A program made the position numbers and the translations under genes. The notes beneath the pieces were generated by a model, which worked only from the letters and a program-made list of their open reading frames with translations, had not been told where the DNA came from and did no database searches. From Torpedo marmorata (lineage: Eukaryota), in contig OZ360225.1 in NCBI GenBank assembly GCA_977017645.1, positions 118,234,001-118,298,000 of the forward strand: a stretch of 64,000 bases of DNA, given 5' to 3'. Positions 38,301 through 47,939 of the stretch are shown in pieces (the first letter of the stretch is position 1; every line of letters starts with the position of its first letter).

Positions 38301-41300
38301 GTAACAATTGGGTCTAGAGCAGTGGTTCTCAACCTTCCCTTCCCACTCACATACCACTGTAAGCAATCCCTTACCAATCACAGAGTACTTATGGCATAGG
38401 GATTGCTTAAGGTGGAATGTGAGTTTTGGGGGGCAGTTTGAAAACCACTGCTCTAAACCTTTTCCAATTCACATACTTGTCCAAATATCAAGATGTAATT
38501 TTACCCGCCTCTACCAGCTCCCCTGGCTTCTTCTTTACCTTCCAGTACCTCACCAATGGCTAACAAAATTCTAAAATCTCTGTCCCCTCTTTGTGCTAGT
38601 AATTTCTTTAAGCGTACTTCTACATCCACGATACTTCTCAAGGGACTTACTTGGTCCCAGCTGCCTATACCTGACATGTGACTCCTTATTTCTGTTGAGA
38701 GCCTCAACCTTAATATCTTTTGTCAAGCAGGGTTTCCTAATCCTGTCAGTCTTACTCTTCACTCTAATACTTACGTCAGGCTGTTGATCGTTGACTACGG
38801 CTTGGCATTTAACACCATCATACCAGCAAAACAAATTTACTGGCAGTCAGATTCTCCAAATAAACATTTGCAAGTTCCTGTCTGAAGCCATCCAAATTAA
38901 CCCTGTCCAATTTGGAACTTGAACTTGTGGGCCAGCTCTATCTTTTTCCATAAGTACCTTGAAAACTAATGGAATTACAGCCTCTGGTCTCAAAGTGCTC
39001 CTCAGCCTCACTTCCCAATTGGGGTGGGGTGTTGTGTTTAGCCCCTTGCAGCTGCAAATTTCTTAAGAAAACGTTCCAAGATGCACTAAATTTCAAACTC
39101 ATCAAATCCCTTAGCACCATGTCAGTGCATTTTGGGGAATTAAGTAGGGGTAGGACATATGCAGCAAGAGGTAGGGCAGTCAGAAATGTTGATAAACAAA
39201 GTGAACAGAGTCTAAATTCATAGTTCCCTGAAAGTGGCAAAAGTAGGGTGATGGTGCAGGCACATAGCGTACTGGCCTTCATAGGTCGGACTGTAGAATA
39301 TAAGAATTGGGACGTTATGTTGAAACTTTACAAAACACTGGTTTGGCCATACCTGGAGTATCGTGTGCAATTCTATTTGCCACAATTAAGGAAGGATGTG
39401 ATTGCACTGTAGAGTGCAGAAGAGATTGACTGGTATACTGCCTCGATTGGAGGACCTAGTGGAAAGAGTGGAAAGGGTAGGCTTGTTTTCCCTGGAGTGA
39501 AGGAGTCCCAGAGGTGACTAGATAGAAGTATACAAGATTACGAGAGGCACAAATAGTTTAGCTAGTTAAACTCTTTTTCCCTTGGTAGAGATAGCGAAAC
39601 CAAGAGGCTCCAGGTTTAAGATGAGAAGAAAGAGTTCAACAGGGGTTATCTGGAGCAAGATTCTTTTTCTTTTAAGAGCTTGCTGCCAGAAATTACTATA
39701 CATTGAAGAGGGATTTAGACAGATATTTAAATTGACAAGGCATGGAAGGATACAGTCCTAACACAGGCAAATGGTTTTAGTGTGGAAGGGTACAATGTTG
39801 GCAGGAACATGCTGGCGTAACAGGCTAATTTCTGTGCGATGTGACCATGACTCAGGTGGAGACAGATGCCTTTGAACTATTTTTAGGCCTTTGAAAATCA
39901 GTGACATTTCAAATCTATTCAAGCACATGTAAATAGTTTAATAAAATGTATTTTAAAATATAAAATACCAAAAAGCATTAACAAATTACATTAACATAAA
40001 AATAATGTCAAATAATTCCTGCATTCAAATTTTTCCTCTGGTCACCAGGCTCAATTGAATTGAATGGGATTGCTATCTAAACCAGTGGGAACTGAAGCAC
40101 AGCTGAGGGACTGGATACATCAGCATGCTGGTACTGGACTCCTCAGAAGTGAGACCTGTAATGGAACAGGATGTCAGTTCCACTGGAATCCAACCTGCAG
40201 GTCACTTCGAACATCTGCAGATGTCTGAGCATGCATGGGAGTCCGAGGAGCTGAGGGTTTGAGTTGATGGAGCTGATTATACCATCCATAACATAGGTAA
40301 TACAGCAATACCCATTCTCCACCCCCAGCAATAAACTTATTCAACTGGACAATGCAATATATACAGAAAAGACTTAAATTGGAAAAAAGACAAAACTAAC
40401 TGGGACCTATACTTAAACAAACACAACAGTAGTGAAGCAAATTAGTTTGTCCTGTGATGTCTTCATTTTTTTTTTTTTTTTACACACAAGTGAAGCTTCT
40501 TGGATGGCCCGACATGTTGCAAGACTGCCTGAGACCAGAAGGCCGAGATTTAATCCTCAAGGTGTATCGAGTTATTTCACCTTAAATGGGCAAACCAATG
40601 AGAACCACAAGAAAATAAACAGACAATAAATGCCTTTTAGCCCATTTAGAATGTTCTGGTCAGAAAGATTTCATTAGGATCATACAGCTTAAACACAGAA
40701 TTATACAGTGTGGAAACGGGCCCTTTGGCCTAACTTGCCCACTCCAACTAAAATGACCCAACCACACTAGTTCCACCTGCCTGCGTTTAGCCCATATACC
40801 TCTAAACCTATCCTATCCACATATCTGTCTCAACCACCTTCTCTGGCAGCCTGTTCCATACACTCACCACCCTCTGTGTAATAAAAGTTTCCCCTCAGGT
40901 TCCAATGAAATGTCTCCCTTTCACCTTTAACCTATGTCCTCGAGTTACCAATTCCCCTACTCTGGGCAAAAGACTGTGTGTTCACCCCATATATTCCTCT
41001 CATGATCTTGTATACCTCAATGAGATCATTCTTCATCCTCCTGCACTCCAAGGAATAAAGCCCTGGGCTGCTCAACCTCTCCACATAGCCCAGACCCCCC
41101 GAGTCCTGGCAACATCCTTGTAAATCTTCTCTGCACCCTCTCCAGCTTGACATCATCTTTGCTGTGGCACAGTGACCAAAACTGAACACAATACTCCAAA
41201 TGGAGCCTCACAAACATCTTATACAACTGCAACGATCTCCCAAATTCTATACTCAGCACTCTGACTGATGAAGGTCAATGTGGCAAAAGCCTTTTTGACC

Positions 41301-44300
41301 ACCCTATCTACCTGTGACTCCACTTTCAAGGTACTATGTACCTGTGATCCTTGATCCCTTTGCTCTACAACTCTCCCCAAATCCCTACCATTCGCTATGT
41401 TGGAACTACCAATGTTGGTCCTACCAATGTTAGACCTCCCAAAATGCAACACCTCACATTTCTCTGTATTGAATTCCATCAACCATTCCTCTGCCCACCT
41501 GCCCAACAGATCAAGATCCTGCTACAATTCCATCTTCACTATCTACAATAGCAGACAATTCCATGTCATCTGCAAACATACTAATCATGCCATGTACATT
41601 TTCATCTAAATCATTGATATAGATGACAAACAGCAAATGGGCACTGCACCAAATCCTCTGGCACACTACTAAACACAGGCTTCCAATCTGAAAAACAACC
41701 TTCTATCATCACCCTCTGCTTTTTTCTATGAAGCTATTTTTTAAATTAAATCTGCTATCTCACCTTGGAACCTTATCAAATGCTGTGTGAAAATCCATAT
41801 AAATGTTCACAGCTCTGCCTTCATCAACCTATTAGGTCACAACTTCAAAAAAACTCATATTTGTGAAACAAAACCGTGCTGACTATCCCTAATCAGCCCT
41901 TGTCCATCCAAGTGTATGTATATCTTCTCGCTTAGAATACTCTCAAGTAACTTACCAACCACAGTTGTTAGGCCCATTGGCCTGTAGCTCCCAGGCTTTT
42001 CCCTGCAGCCCTTCTTGAATACAGGGACATTTGCCACCCAACAGTTTTCTGGCTCCTCACCTATACTTATGATGGCTCGTAAATTTCAGCCAGGGCACCT
42101 GCAAATTACCCTCTGGCTTCCCACAGTACCCTTGGATATATACTATCAGGCCCAGCAGATTTGTCCACCTTCACATACATCAGGACCTTCAGCACCTCCT
42201 CAACTGTAATAATGACTCAAGACACTACCACTGACTGTCCCATGTTCGCAGCCCATTTAGAAAATAAATAGCTGAGAAAATAAAACAATGCCTTTAAAAT
42301 TATTTACATTTGAATAAAAAAAATATTTAAACTGAAGGCCCTCACCTGTTCCGATGGTTCAAAATTCATCTCCTTCTCAGACTTGATTGCTGCTTTAGCA
42401 CTCATGCAGGGATCCAACTTGCTATCCATCCGCTCGAGTTTAGGTTTAATATTATGCATACTTGTGTCATCCTTATCCAGTAAGTATCGAAGTAGTGCAT
42501 TTTCTTTTCTCTTGGGGCTCATTTGTTCCTGCTTATTAGTTATTTCTCCACCAGGAATTGAACTGCCCACGTCCTGGTTGTGTTCCTTACCTGTGGCCTC
42601 TGCTGTCAGCTTTGCCAAGTCTACAGGAGAAGTGCTGTCCTGCAGGAGTCTGTGCAAAATTTTGTGTTTTTCTTTCAGCGAGGGCCCATGTGACGTAGAG
42701 GTGTTGGTTGTGGATGATGTTACTGCTGAAGTACACAGTAGTCCTAGCGAATTGCCTGGAGAGTCCTTAACAGAATCCCCAAGAACACTTGGCAAAGGGG
42801 AAGCATCCATTTGATCCGATTTGGTGATCAGTAACTGTAAGAGTTTGGTATGTCCTTTGCCATCATGCCCCCTGCCTTGACTGTCAGTCCTATCTCCACC
42901 ACCAAATGGATTTAAGTTACTTTCATTGCTATCTTTCTGTTCCCCAGAAAGTCCACTTTCTGAATGTGCGGTGGTAACTTCAGTCGGCACAGGCTCACCA
43001 AACAGCCCGAAAGAATCTTTGGAGTCCATGCTCCCTTTTTTAGTGAGCGAAGAACTGATGTTCCCAGGAGAATTTTGCGAAGTCACCATTTTTATTTCAG
43101 GCGATGCCCCATGAGATACCCCGTGTCCTTCACTGAGGGCTTGAAGTGCATTAAGGGAGCTGCTGGAGTAGCTATGGCTGTTCCCCGTGCTGCTACAAAC
43201 CCCGACTGGAGAATGCAAGTTCCCTACAGGAGAAAACTGACTGGCTGAGATGCGAGGGCTTCCAACCATCCCAGGACTTCCACGATGTCTGGGAGAAAGC
43301 ATGGAGTTCTGCTGCCCAGCAGTCACACCTGGACTACTTCTTGATGGGCTGCTGATCTTGAGTGCATAGTTACTACCCTGAGGAGTGGCTGCTTGTATGC
43401 TTGATCCATGGTTTATTCCACTTGAAACAAACCTGTTTCCCTGCATTTGTCCCATACCTGTTTGCTCCTTCAGGCCATTCATGGTAAAACTTGAATTGCT
43501 GTTCATTGCCATCTCTTGACCAGTTGTTGCAGCTGAAACACCTGCTACGGCTGGACTACTGGAATTTGGATTCAATGACTTGGCCATTCCTTGTCCAGTT
43601 GATTCCTGATTCATCCCACAAACATTTTGCTCTCTGCAGTTTGAAATAAAACATACAAATCATACTATGGCAATTAATACACCAAACACATGCATTTCAC
43701 CATCAGAGAGGAAGGAGATCTGGTGACTGTGGGCATTGGAAATGCAGTGGTGATATCTGGGGCACCTGAGAGAGAACAGTCATGAACAGCAAGTTTATTT
43801 TAAACTTAAAGGGCACCTAGCAGTAGCAAGTCCCTAGTGTTGGACAACAGTTTTTAGGCAGGTTCCCTATGGTTTTGCTAAAGCAGGCCTCATATTCATT
43901 GTCAACACGAGGCAGATCTTCACAATCTTATTTTTGTGACCTCACCCTGAACCTGGGCCATGCTGGCACGTGCAAACTTTGCACGAGTCATCCTGACCCA
44001 AACTGTGTGGTGCACATTCAAGCATCCCTGCGCGTGGGCGTGTCACTTGCACAGAGGATATGGAATACACAAAGTACAATGAAGTTCTGTGAAGTTGTAT
44101 ATGCTAATGTTGAGCTATATAACACAAGTTCGAGGCCACGTTTTGGAGCTTTAAACATTAGCAAGGCTCCGTGTTAGTTGTGAGTTCAGTCAGTGTCTAG
44201 GACCCTAGAAAGTCAGTTAAGAGTACTTTCATTTGATATCAACAGGCATTCTTCTGGGTTAACTGAATAATCAGATGTTACTTTCTTGCATCTCCAAGTG

Positions 44301-47300
44301 GAAAGGGGTGTCAAAGTTACTCCTTGAACATTTAACAATTTGTGAAACAAACTTGTCTTTACATTAATAAATATTTTACATTAATAAATATAAAAGAAAG
44401 TTGAAATCACCAAACTTTGGAGTAGAGCAACTTGTAAATGAAAGTCTTGCATGTTTGCAACTTTATAATGCTCATGAAAAGGGGATCACAGGAAACTGTC
44501 AAAACTCATTTACAACTGTCCTCTGTTCATTTGGATATCTTATTGAACATATATCAATCTGCTGATTTTCTTCTGTATCTTATCTCAGCTGTGTGTTACT
44601 CAGTCTGTCTTGCATCAAGAGAGAATGCATAGAGAGAGGATGACAGATATAAAATGTTAGATGTCGCACATGGAGCAAAGCATCTACATTACCATCCATA
44701 ACTGGAGGCCAATTTGCAGAAGATGCACTCCAGAACACAGGAAATACAAGATCCACAGTGTTGTCAATGAACCCCAGTGCAAAATCCAACAAATATGATC
44801 CAGACACCCACAAGTCATTATACTGTCAAATACCTCATACAGCATCTTTCGAGTGCTGATGTCACATTCTAACATGAAGCTTCAGTAACTTTTGATTTTT
44901 GAGTCAAGACACTAAATAGTTAGTCAAAACTACAGGAAGGACGTTTAATGCTTACCGTTGAACAACATGCCGTGACATGATAAATTGAGGCTCACTGGTA
45001 TTCGGAGTACGCATAAGCCTGCTCCTTGTTTGTGCAGCAACCATGGTGCCATCGGATAAAGAAAACCGATATACAGGACTCAAAGCCTGACCTTGCCTCA
45101 ACACTGCAATTCAAAGAAGTTGAAGAAAAATGATAAATGGCACACGTTTCCTGCAATTTCCCAGGCATCAGGCACAGTATTTAAAAATAACAATTCACGT
45201 ATGAACATGCTGACTCATACTGGGAGACCATTTCATCAATGAAGGCAGCTCCCTGGTACTTCATTCAGGTAACCATTCTTTGTGATGGTCAATCACTAAA
45301 CTCAACTTCACAATCATACTTGGAGGGGAGACCGCCAAGGAACACCATGTGCTGTAGGTTTCTGTGAGGGGCGCTGGACAAAGTAGCGACCCTCTGTCTG
45401 CCTTACGGTAGACAAAAATTAAAGAATTTCATGTATGTTACATTCTAAATGTAGAATTATGTGACAATAATGGAACCTTTACCTTTAACTTTTTACTTCC
45501 TAACAGATGCCACTAAAACCACAACAAGAAATTTCTTATCTAGTCTTGAAAACATGATTGCAAGGAGTGACCTCCTTATTGTGCTGATTCAGGACAGCTA
45601 ATTGCTCATCAAGCATAAAATGAACCTGGGCCATTTCTTGTGTAAAGTCTCTATAAATGGTCACATATATACATTCAACTTTCTCTGCAGCAACCAGATT
45701 CAAATGTTAAGACTCAAGATATCTTTTGACTAAAAATCACAAAGCCCAAATCCTCTTTTTACAGTTTTCCCAGAAATCCTGGTTCCTCCAATGGTTTAGT
45801 GAGTAAATAAACAATATAAACCTAGAAATTCCAGATTCAATTTCCATTCTGCTATTTTAAGAAATCTTAGTGAGAACAACACGATTAGCTGTTACAGCGC
45901 CTGCGACCCGGGTTCCTGTAAGGAGTTTGTACGTTCTCCCAGTGTCTGTGTGGGTTTCCTCCCGGTGCTCCGGTTTCCTCCCACCCTTCAAAATAAACGA
46001 ACCAGGGTTGCAGGTTAATCGGGTGTAATTGGGCGGATGGGCTCGTGCGCCGAAAGGGCCTGTTACCATGCTGTATGTCCAAATTAAATTAAACAATAAT
46101 AGTTGGGTTTATAGTCAAAGTATGGAGGTCAGGGAGCAACTGATTGAACACCAACAAGAATTTTAAAAAACTACAAATGCTGGAAATCTAAAATAAAAAC
46201 AAACAAATGCTTGAAATACTCAGCAGATCTGTGGGAACAGAAAAAAAATTAACATTGGGTCAAAGATCCTTCATCAGAACTGGGAAGGAGACAAAAGACG
46301 CTTGGTTAAGCTGTGGGGAAGGTGGAAGGGGAGGACTGATTTCCGGTGTACTATTGTGTTCACTATGTAGTTTCCTCTACATCAGAGAAACCAAATACAG
46401 ATTGGAATATTGCATCATCGGGCACTTGCTTTCAGTCCACAGGGGCGACCCTGAGCTTCCTATTGCCTGTCATTTTAATTCTCCTTCCCACTCCCAGATG
46501 ACCTATTGGACTGAGTCCTCCTATTCCGTTACAGAGGTCAAATGCAAGCTTAAGGAACAGCACCTGTATGGGCAAGTTACAAACTTCTGGACTCAGTATC
46601 AAATTCTACGACTGTCTGTGTTAGTCGTCCATCTATCATATTGGCTCAGCCTGACCTGCCGGGTAAATCTACCACCTCTGAATTTTGCAACTCATATTTC
46701 TTCATCTATGTTCCTTTGACTATGTTCTCCCTCTCTACCTACTCCCATTCAAAAAACAAACTACAGGAGGAAATGCTGTTGCTCCAGAGTCCAGCAGATA
46801 GCCCTGTTTACAGCTTATCCCCATGGTCACTCCAGCTTCAGCTTATCAGGTGTATGCACCTGAGCAAGCTTCTTTTGTCTGCTTCCCAGTTCCGATGAAG
46901 GATCTTTGCCCTGAAACATTCATTCTTTCCCTCTTCCCACTAACAAGGCTTGCTTGCAGAGTATTTCCAGTCTTTTCTGTTTTTATGTCAGCTGTAACAC
47001 TACTTATCACAGCATTCACAGTTAAGGCTCAAACAGAATATTAATTATTTCAAGAAAGTAGGGAAGAACCTGATAAAAGACATGCACATTCCATTTCACA
47101 GAAGGAAAAGAAAAAAAATCTGAAGTACACAGCAAGTCCTTTAATGGGTAAAAATGAAAAACTGAAACTAGATTAAAATTTCAAATGTAGCTGACTTATC
47201 AGAATCGCAGGATATTCAGGCTCACATCTGCATGTTTTAAAAAAAATATCTATTGAGGGATTTGTTGTACATTTCTTGCATTTATTTTAGATATTAAATT

Positions 47301-47939
47301 TGAATTTTATTTTTATTTGTACAGTATCCATTCCACAGTGCATATCAGAAATCCTCACCTTCATGATGATGCCTCTTCGCAAATGCAATCTCTTTGTCAT
47401 TTTGAAGGTGAAATCTTTGAATACACCTTCGCACCAAGTCTTCCCAGCCTGGTTTCATTGATGCACGTAATGCATTTATATCCAGATATTTTAGTTTGCC
47501 TAATTTTATTTTGAAATAGGAGGAAAAAAGAAACAAATTTCATATGTCACATTTCAAGATCAGAAAATCCCAAATGATGGCACGATTAATGTAGTTAGCG
47601 CAGTGCTATTGTAGCGCCAGCAACCTGGGTTCGAATTCTGCCTTGTCTGTAAGGAGTTTGTACGTTCTCTCATGACCTGCATGGCTTTTCTCCAGGTGCC
47701 CCTATTTCCTCTCACCCTCCAAAATGTTTGTATTTTGTTGGTTAATTGGGCAGCACGGGTTTCATGGGCCAGAAGGGCATTCTATCATGCTGTATGGTTA
47801 AAATTAAAAACAAATTAAAATGATCATATTGTTTTACCTGTTAAATCATGCTTTGTGGTAAAACTTTCAGTATTAGCAAATTGTGATCTCTCCTTTATGG
47901 GAACTCTCCTTGCAACACAGATCAGACAGGACTGCAAAT
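1080..47939 (-). CDS. NCOA2: Nuclear receptor coactivator 2 (p160/SRC family), partial spliced CDS of 13 internal exons; gene continues beyond both window ends
   Basis: Spliced exons give collinear NCOA2-specific peptides ([85 protein letters not shown]); all junctions GT-AG with matching phases. Confidence 0.97.
1358..2866 (+). mobile_element. Degenerate 5'-truncated L1-clade LINE (family B), ORF2 C-terminus and 3' UTR
   Basis: [18 protein letters not shown] zinc knuckle, LEKIR motif, several frameshifts, AATAAA then A-rich tail. Confidence 0.88.
3937..4384 (-). CDS. NCOA2: NCOA2 Q-rich exon with two in-frame donors (short form 4144-4384, 241 bp; long form 3937-4384, 448 bp)
   Basis: ORF 3902..4402: [24 protein letters not shown]...FPYPPNYG; ctccAG acceptor; both donors G|GTACTG, phase 1. 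Confidence 0.93.
5441..6048 (+). mobile_element. Rex1/Babar-like LINE 3' fragment
   Basis: [15 protein letters not shown] peptide; 3' tail gaaattctgcctggcccgcaggaaaaagaatctcaggg...gacaataaa shared with copies at ~4805 (-), ~33540 (+), ~58705 (-). Confidence 0.8.
6129..6218 (-). CDS. NCOA2: NCOA2 exon (90 bp): [30 protein letters not shown]
   Basis: Manual translation; ttgtcAG acceptor, CAG|GTAGGC donor, phase 0-0. Confidence 0.88.
6512..6760. repeat. 44-bp minisatellite, ~5.6 copies (ggtctgtcactgtataaccctggggtacagtacagatgggcaca)
   Basis: ggtctg anchors at 6556, 6600, 6644, 6688, 6732. Confidence 0.92.
7017..7313 (-). CDS. NCOA2: NCOA2 exon (297 bp): [11 protein letters not shown]...[19 protein letters not shown]
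   Basis: ORF 6993..7427; tttacAG acceptor, ATG|GTAAGG donor, phase 0-0. Confidence 0.95.
7437..7629 (+). repeat. Gypsy 5' LTR (193 bp), followed by tRNA-Leu-type primer binding site
   Basis: tgttat...aaaaca, internal AATAAA; repeated at 12563; TGGTGTCAGAAGTG complements the tRNA-Leu 3' end. Confidence 0.93.
7679..12457 (+). pseudogene. Disrupted Gypsy gag-pol polyprotein (gag-CCHC, protease, RT, RNase H, integrase)
   Basis: CYKCGK*NHFAKCC with premature stop and same-frame continuation into FKLDSGAQ protease; VMDD RT; ADAS RNase H; SDNG...SNGLAE integrase; frameshifts; 30-bp duplication [20 protein letters not shown]. Confidence 0.92.
9674..10556 (+). mobile_element. GC-rich non-autonomous LINE-derived (SINE-like) element inserted in Gypsy pol
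   Basis: Interrupts pol exactly at ...GMVTYLA|KFIPHL...; 5' AAGATGGCG; 3' AATAAA plus (aatcttg)n tail. Confidence 0.8.
12563..15881 (+). repeat. Second Gypsy LTR, split by an L1 (12563-12736 and 15848-15881)
   Basis: Matches 5' LTR with about a dozen substitutions and small indels; follows the PPT and precedes a second PBS. Confidence 0.9.
12737..15847 (-). mobile_element. 5'-truncated L1-clade LINE (family A), ORF2 RT and CCHC, with a stop and frameshift
   Basis: ORFs 13025..15199, 15180..15461, 15489..15836; [22 protein letters not shown]; 16-bp TSD atgtaaagttgttctt at 12721-12736 and 15848-15863. Confidence 0.95.
16027..16825 (+). mobile_element. L1-clade LINE 3' fragment (family B) replacing the interior of the second Gypsy unit
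   Basis: ORF 16023..16559 [26 protein letters not shown]; AATAAA and A-rich tail abutting a 30-bp LTR end. Confidence 0.88.
17460..17631 (-). CDS. NCOA2: NCOA2 exon (172 bp): CBP/p300-binding AD1, [13 protein letters not shown]...DEGTILDQL...[17 protein letters not shown]
   Basis: ORF 17430..17702; TAGTAG acceptor, CAG|GTAAAC donor, phase 2-0. Confidence 0.95.
17837..18392 (+). mobile_element. Truncated TcMar-Tigger (Tigger3/Golem-like) DNA transposon: left end plus N-terminal transposase
   Basis: TA|CAGGTATGCG...cgaccgcatatacg...gtcccataag left end; ORF 18054..18416 with CENP-B-type HTH ([13 protein letters not shown]...TILKNKEKI...[12 protein letters not shown]); follows a SINE 3' end. 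Confidence 0.85.
19857..19986 (-). CDS. NCOA2: NCOA2 exon (130 bp): [43 protein letters not shown](R)
   Basis: Manual translation matches [13 protein letters not shown] motif; ttAG acceptor, CG|GTAAG donor, phase 1-2. Confidence 0.95.
20144..20365 (-). CDS. NCOA2: NCOA2 exon (222 bp): [14 protein letters not shown]...[20 protein letters not shown]
   Basis: ORF 20082..20363; tgtccAG acceptor, G|GTACGT donor, phase 1-1. Confidence 0.92.
25015..25215 (-). CDS. NCOA2: NCOA2 exon (201 bp): [12 protein letters not shown]...[13 protein letters not shown]...GLVGTA(G)
   Basis: ORF 24932..25156 extended upstream; ctgtAG acceptor, G|GTAGGT donor, phase 1-1. Confidence 0.93.
26842..27335 (+). mobile_element. 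CR1 LINE 3' fragment
   Basis: [38 protein letters not shown] and [15 protein letters not shown] peptides. Confidence 0.85.
27947..28526 (+). mobile_element. Possible solo LTR with an internal 54-bp tandem repeat (28266-28390)
   Basis: TG...CAACA-like ends, AATAAA at ~28447, CpG-richer than flanks; no convincing TSD. Confidence 0.45.
29298..29332 (+). repeat. A35 homopolymer
   Basis: Direct reading. Confidence 0.95.
30214..30803 (-). mobile_element. Penelope-like element fragment (GIY-YIG C-terminus plus pLTR)
   Basis: ORF 30537..30737 [25 protein letters not shown]; terminal hammerhead-like motif. Confidence 0.85.
30281..30322 (-). ncRNA. Minimal hammerhead ribozyme-like motif in Penelope pLTR
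   Basis: Minus strand catac-tTTGATGA-agggttcaagccc-GAAA-cg-TC-ggttatg; core CUGAUGA carries a C3>U change. Confidence 0.55.
32433..32646 (-). CDS. NCOA2: NCOA2 exon (214 or 211 bp): (Q)[26 protein letters not shown]...SGMLQN
   Basis: ORF 32344..32631; tandem CAGCAG acceptor; G|GTAAG donor, phase 0-1. Confidence 0.94.
33878..34165 (-). mobile_element. Penelope pLTR fragment nested in a minus-strand CR1 tail (~33760-34380); similar fragments at ~28667-28792 (-), ~48686-48785 (+), ~60244-60365 (+)
   Basis: Shared gatgctgcctgacctg..gagt.cctccagc terminus. Confidence 0.65.
34537..34800 (+). mobile_element. tRNA-derived V-SINE (HE1-like); other copies ~35837-36062, 45884-46093, 47577-47820 (+), 6761-6858 (+, 3' part), 17759-17836 and ~19430-19600 (-)
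   Basis: B box ggttcgaat; V-domain ggagtttgtacgttctcccc..tctgcgt.ggtttcctccgggt.ctccggtttcctcccac; (taaat)n tail. Confidence 0.85.
38076..38450. mobile_element. Composite hAT-Charlie-type MITE made of two inverted ~131-bp units, inserted in a CR1 tail
   Basis: CAGTGGTTTTCAAAC...GTTTGAAAACCACTG TIRs; 8-bp TSD ctctaaaa/ctctaaac. Confidence 0.9.
39215..39850 (+). mobile_element. Degenerate CR1 LINE 3' fragment
   Basis: [18 protein letters not shown] and RGDxIEVYKI CR1 motifs. Confidence 0.8.
40680..42240 (-). mobile_element. Degenerate CR1 LINE, RT and 3' end
   Basis: ORFs 41855..42037 ([19 protein letters not shown]), 41219..41506, 41026..41259, 40932..41189. Confidence 0.88.
42346..43633 (-). 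CDS. NCOA2: NCOA2 large exon (1288 bp): Ser/Thr-rich region and nuclear-receptor interaction domain with NR boxes 1-3
   Basis: ORF 42304..43614; LLQLL (~42829-42843), LHRLL (~42643-42657), LRYLL (~42478-42492); ctgcAG acceptor, CAG|GTGAG donor, phase 2-0. Confidence 0.97.
44956..45103 (-). CDS. NCOA2: NCOA2 exon (148 bp): [49 protein letters not shown](R), end of PAS-B
   Basis: Manual translation; ttgcAG acceptor, CG|GTAAG donor, phase 1-2. Confidence 0.95.
46170..46990 (+). mobile_element. Penelope-like element with inverted pLTRs
   Basis: [10 protein letters not shown]...[19 protein letters not shown] remnant in ORF 46207..46719; 46170-46290 is an inverted copy of 46880-46990. Confidence 0.8.
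47359..47499 (-). CDS. NCOA2: NCOA2 exon (141 bp): [51 protein letters not shown]
   Basis: Within ORF 47345..47536; ttAG acceptor, G|GTGAG donor, phase 1-1. Confidence 0.95.
47838..47939 (-). CDS. NCOA2: NCOA2 exon (102 bp): [34 protein letters not shown](G), start of PAS-B
   Basis: ctctctcAG acceptor, G|GTAAAA donor, phase 1-1; not in the ORF track. Confidence 0.95.

Noticed and set aside
42346-43633. Alternative assignment to paralogs NCOA1 or NCOA3
   Set aside because: Flanking motifs ([58 protein letters not shown]) match NCOA2
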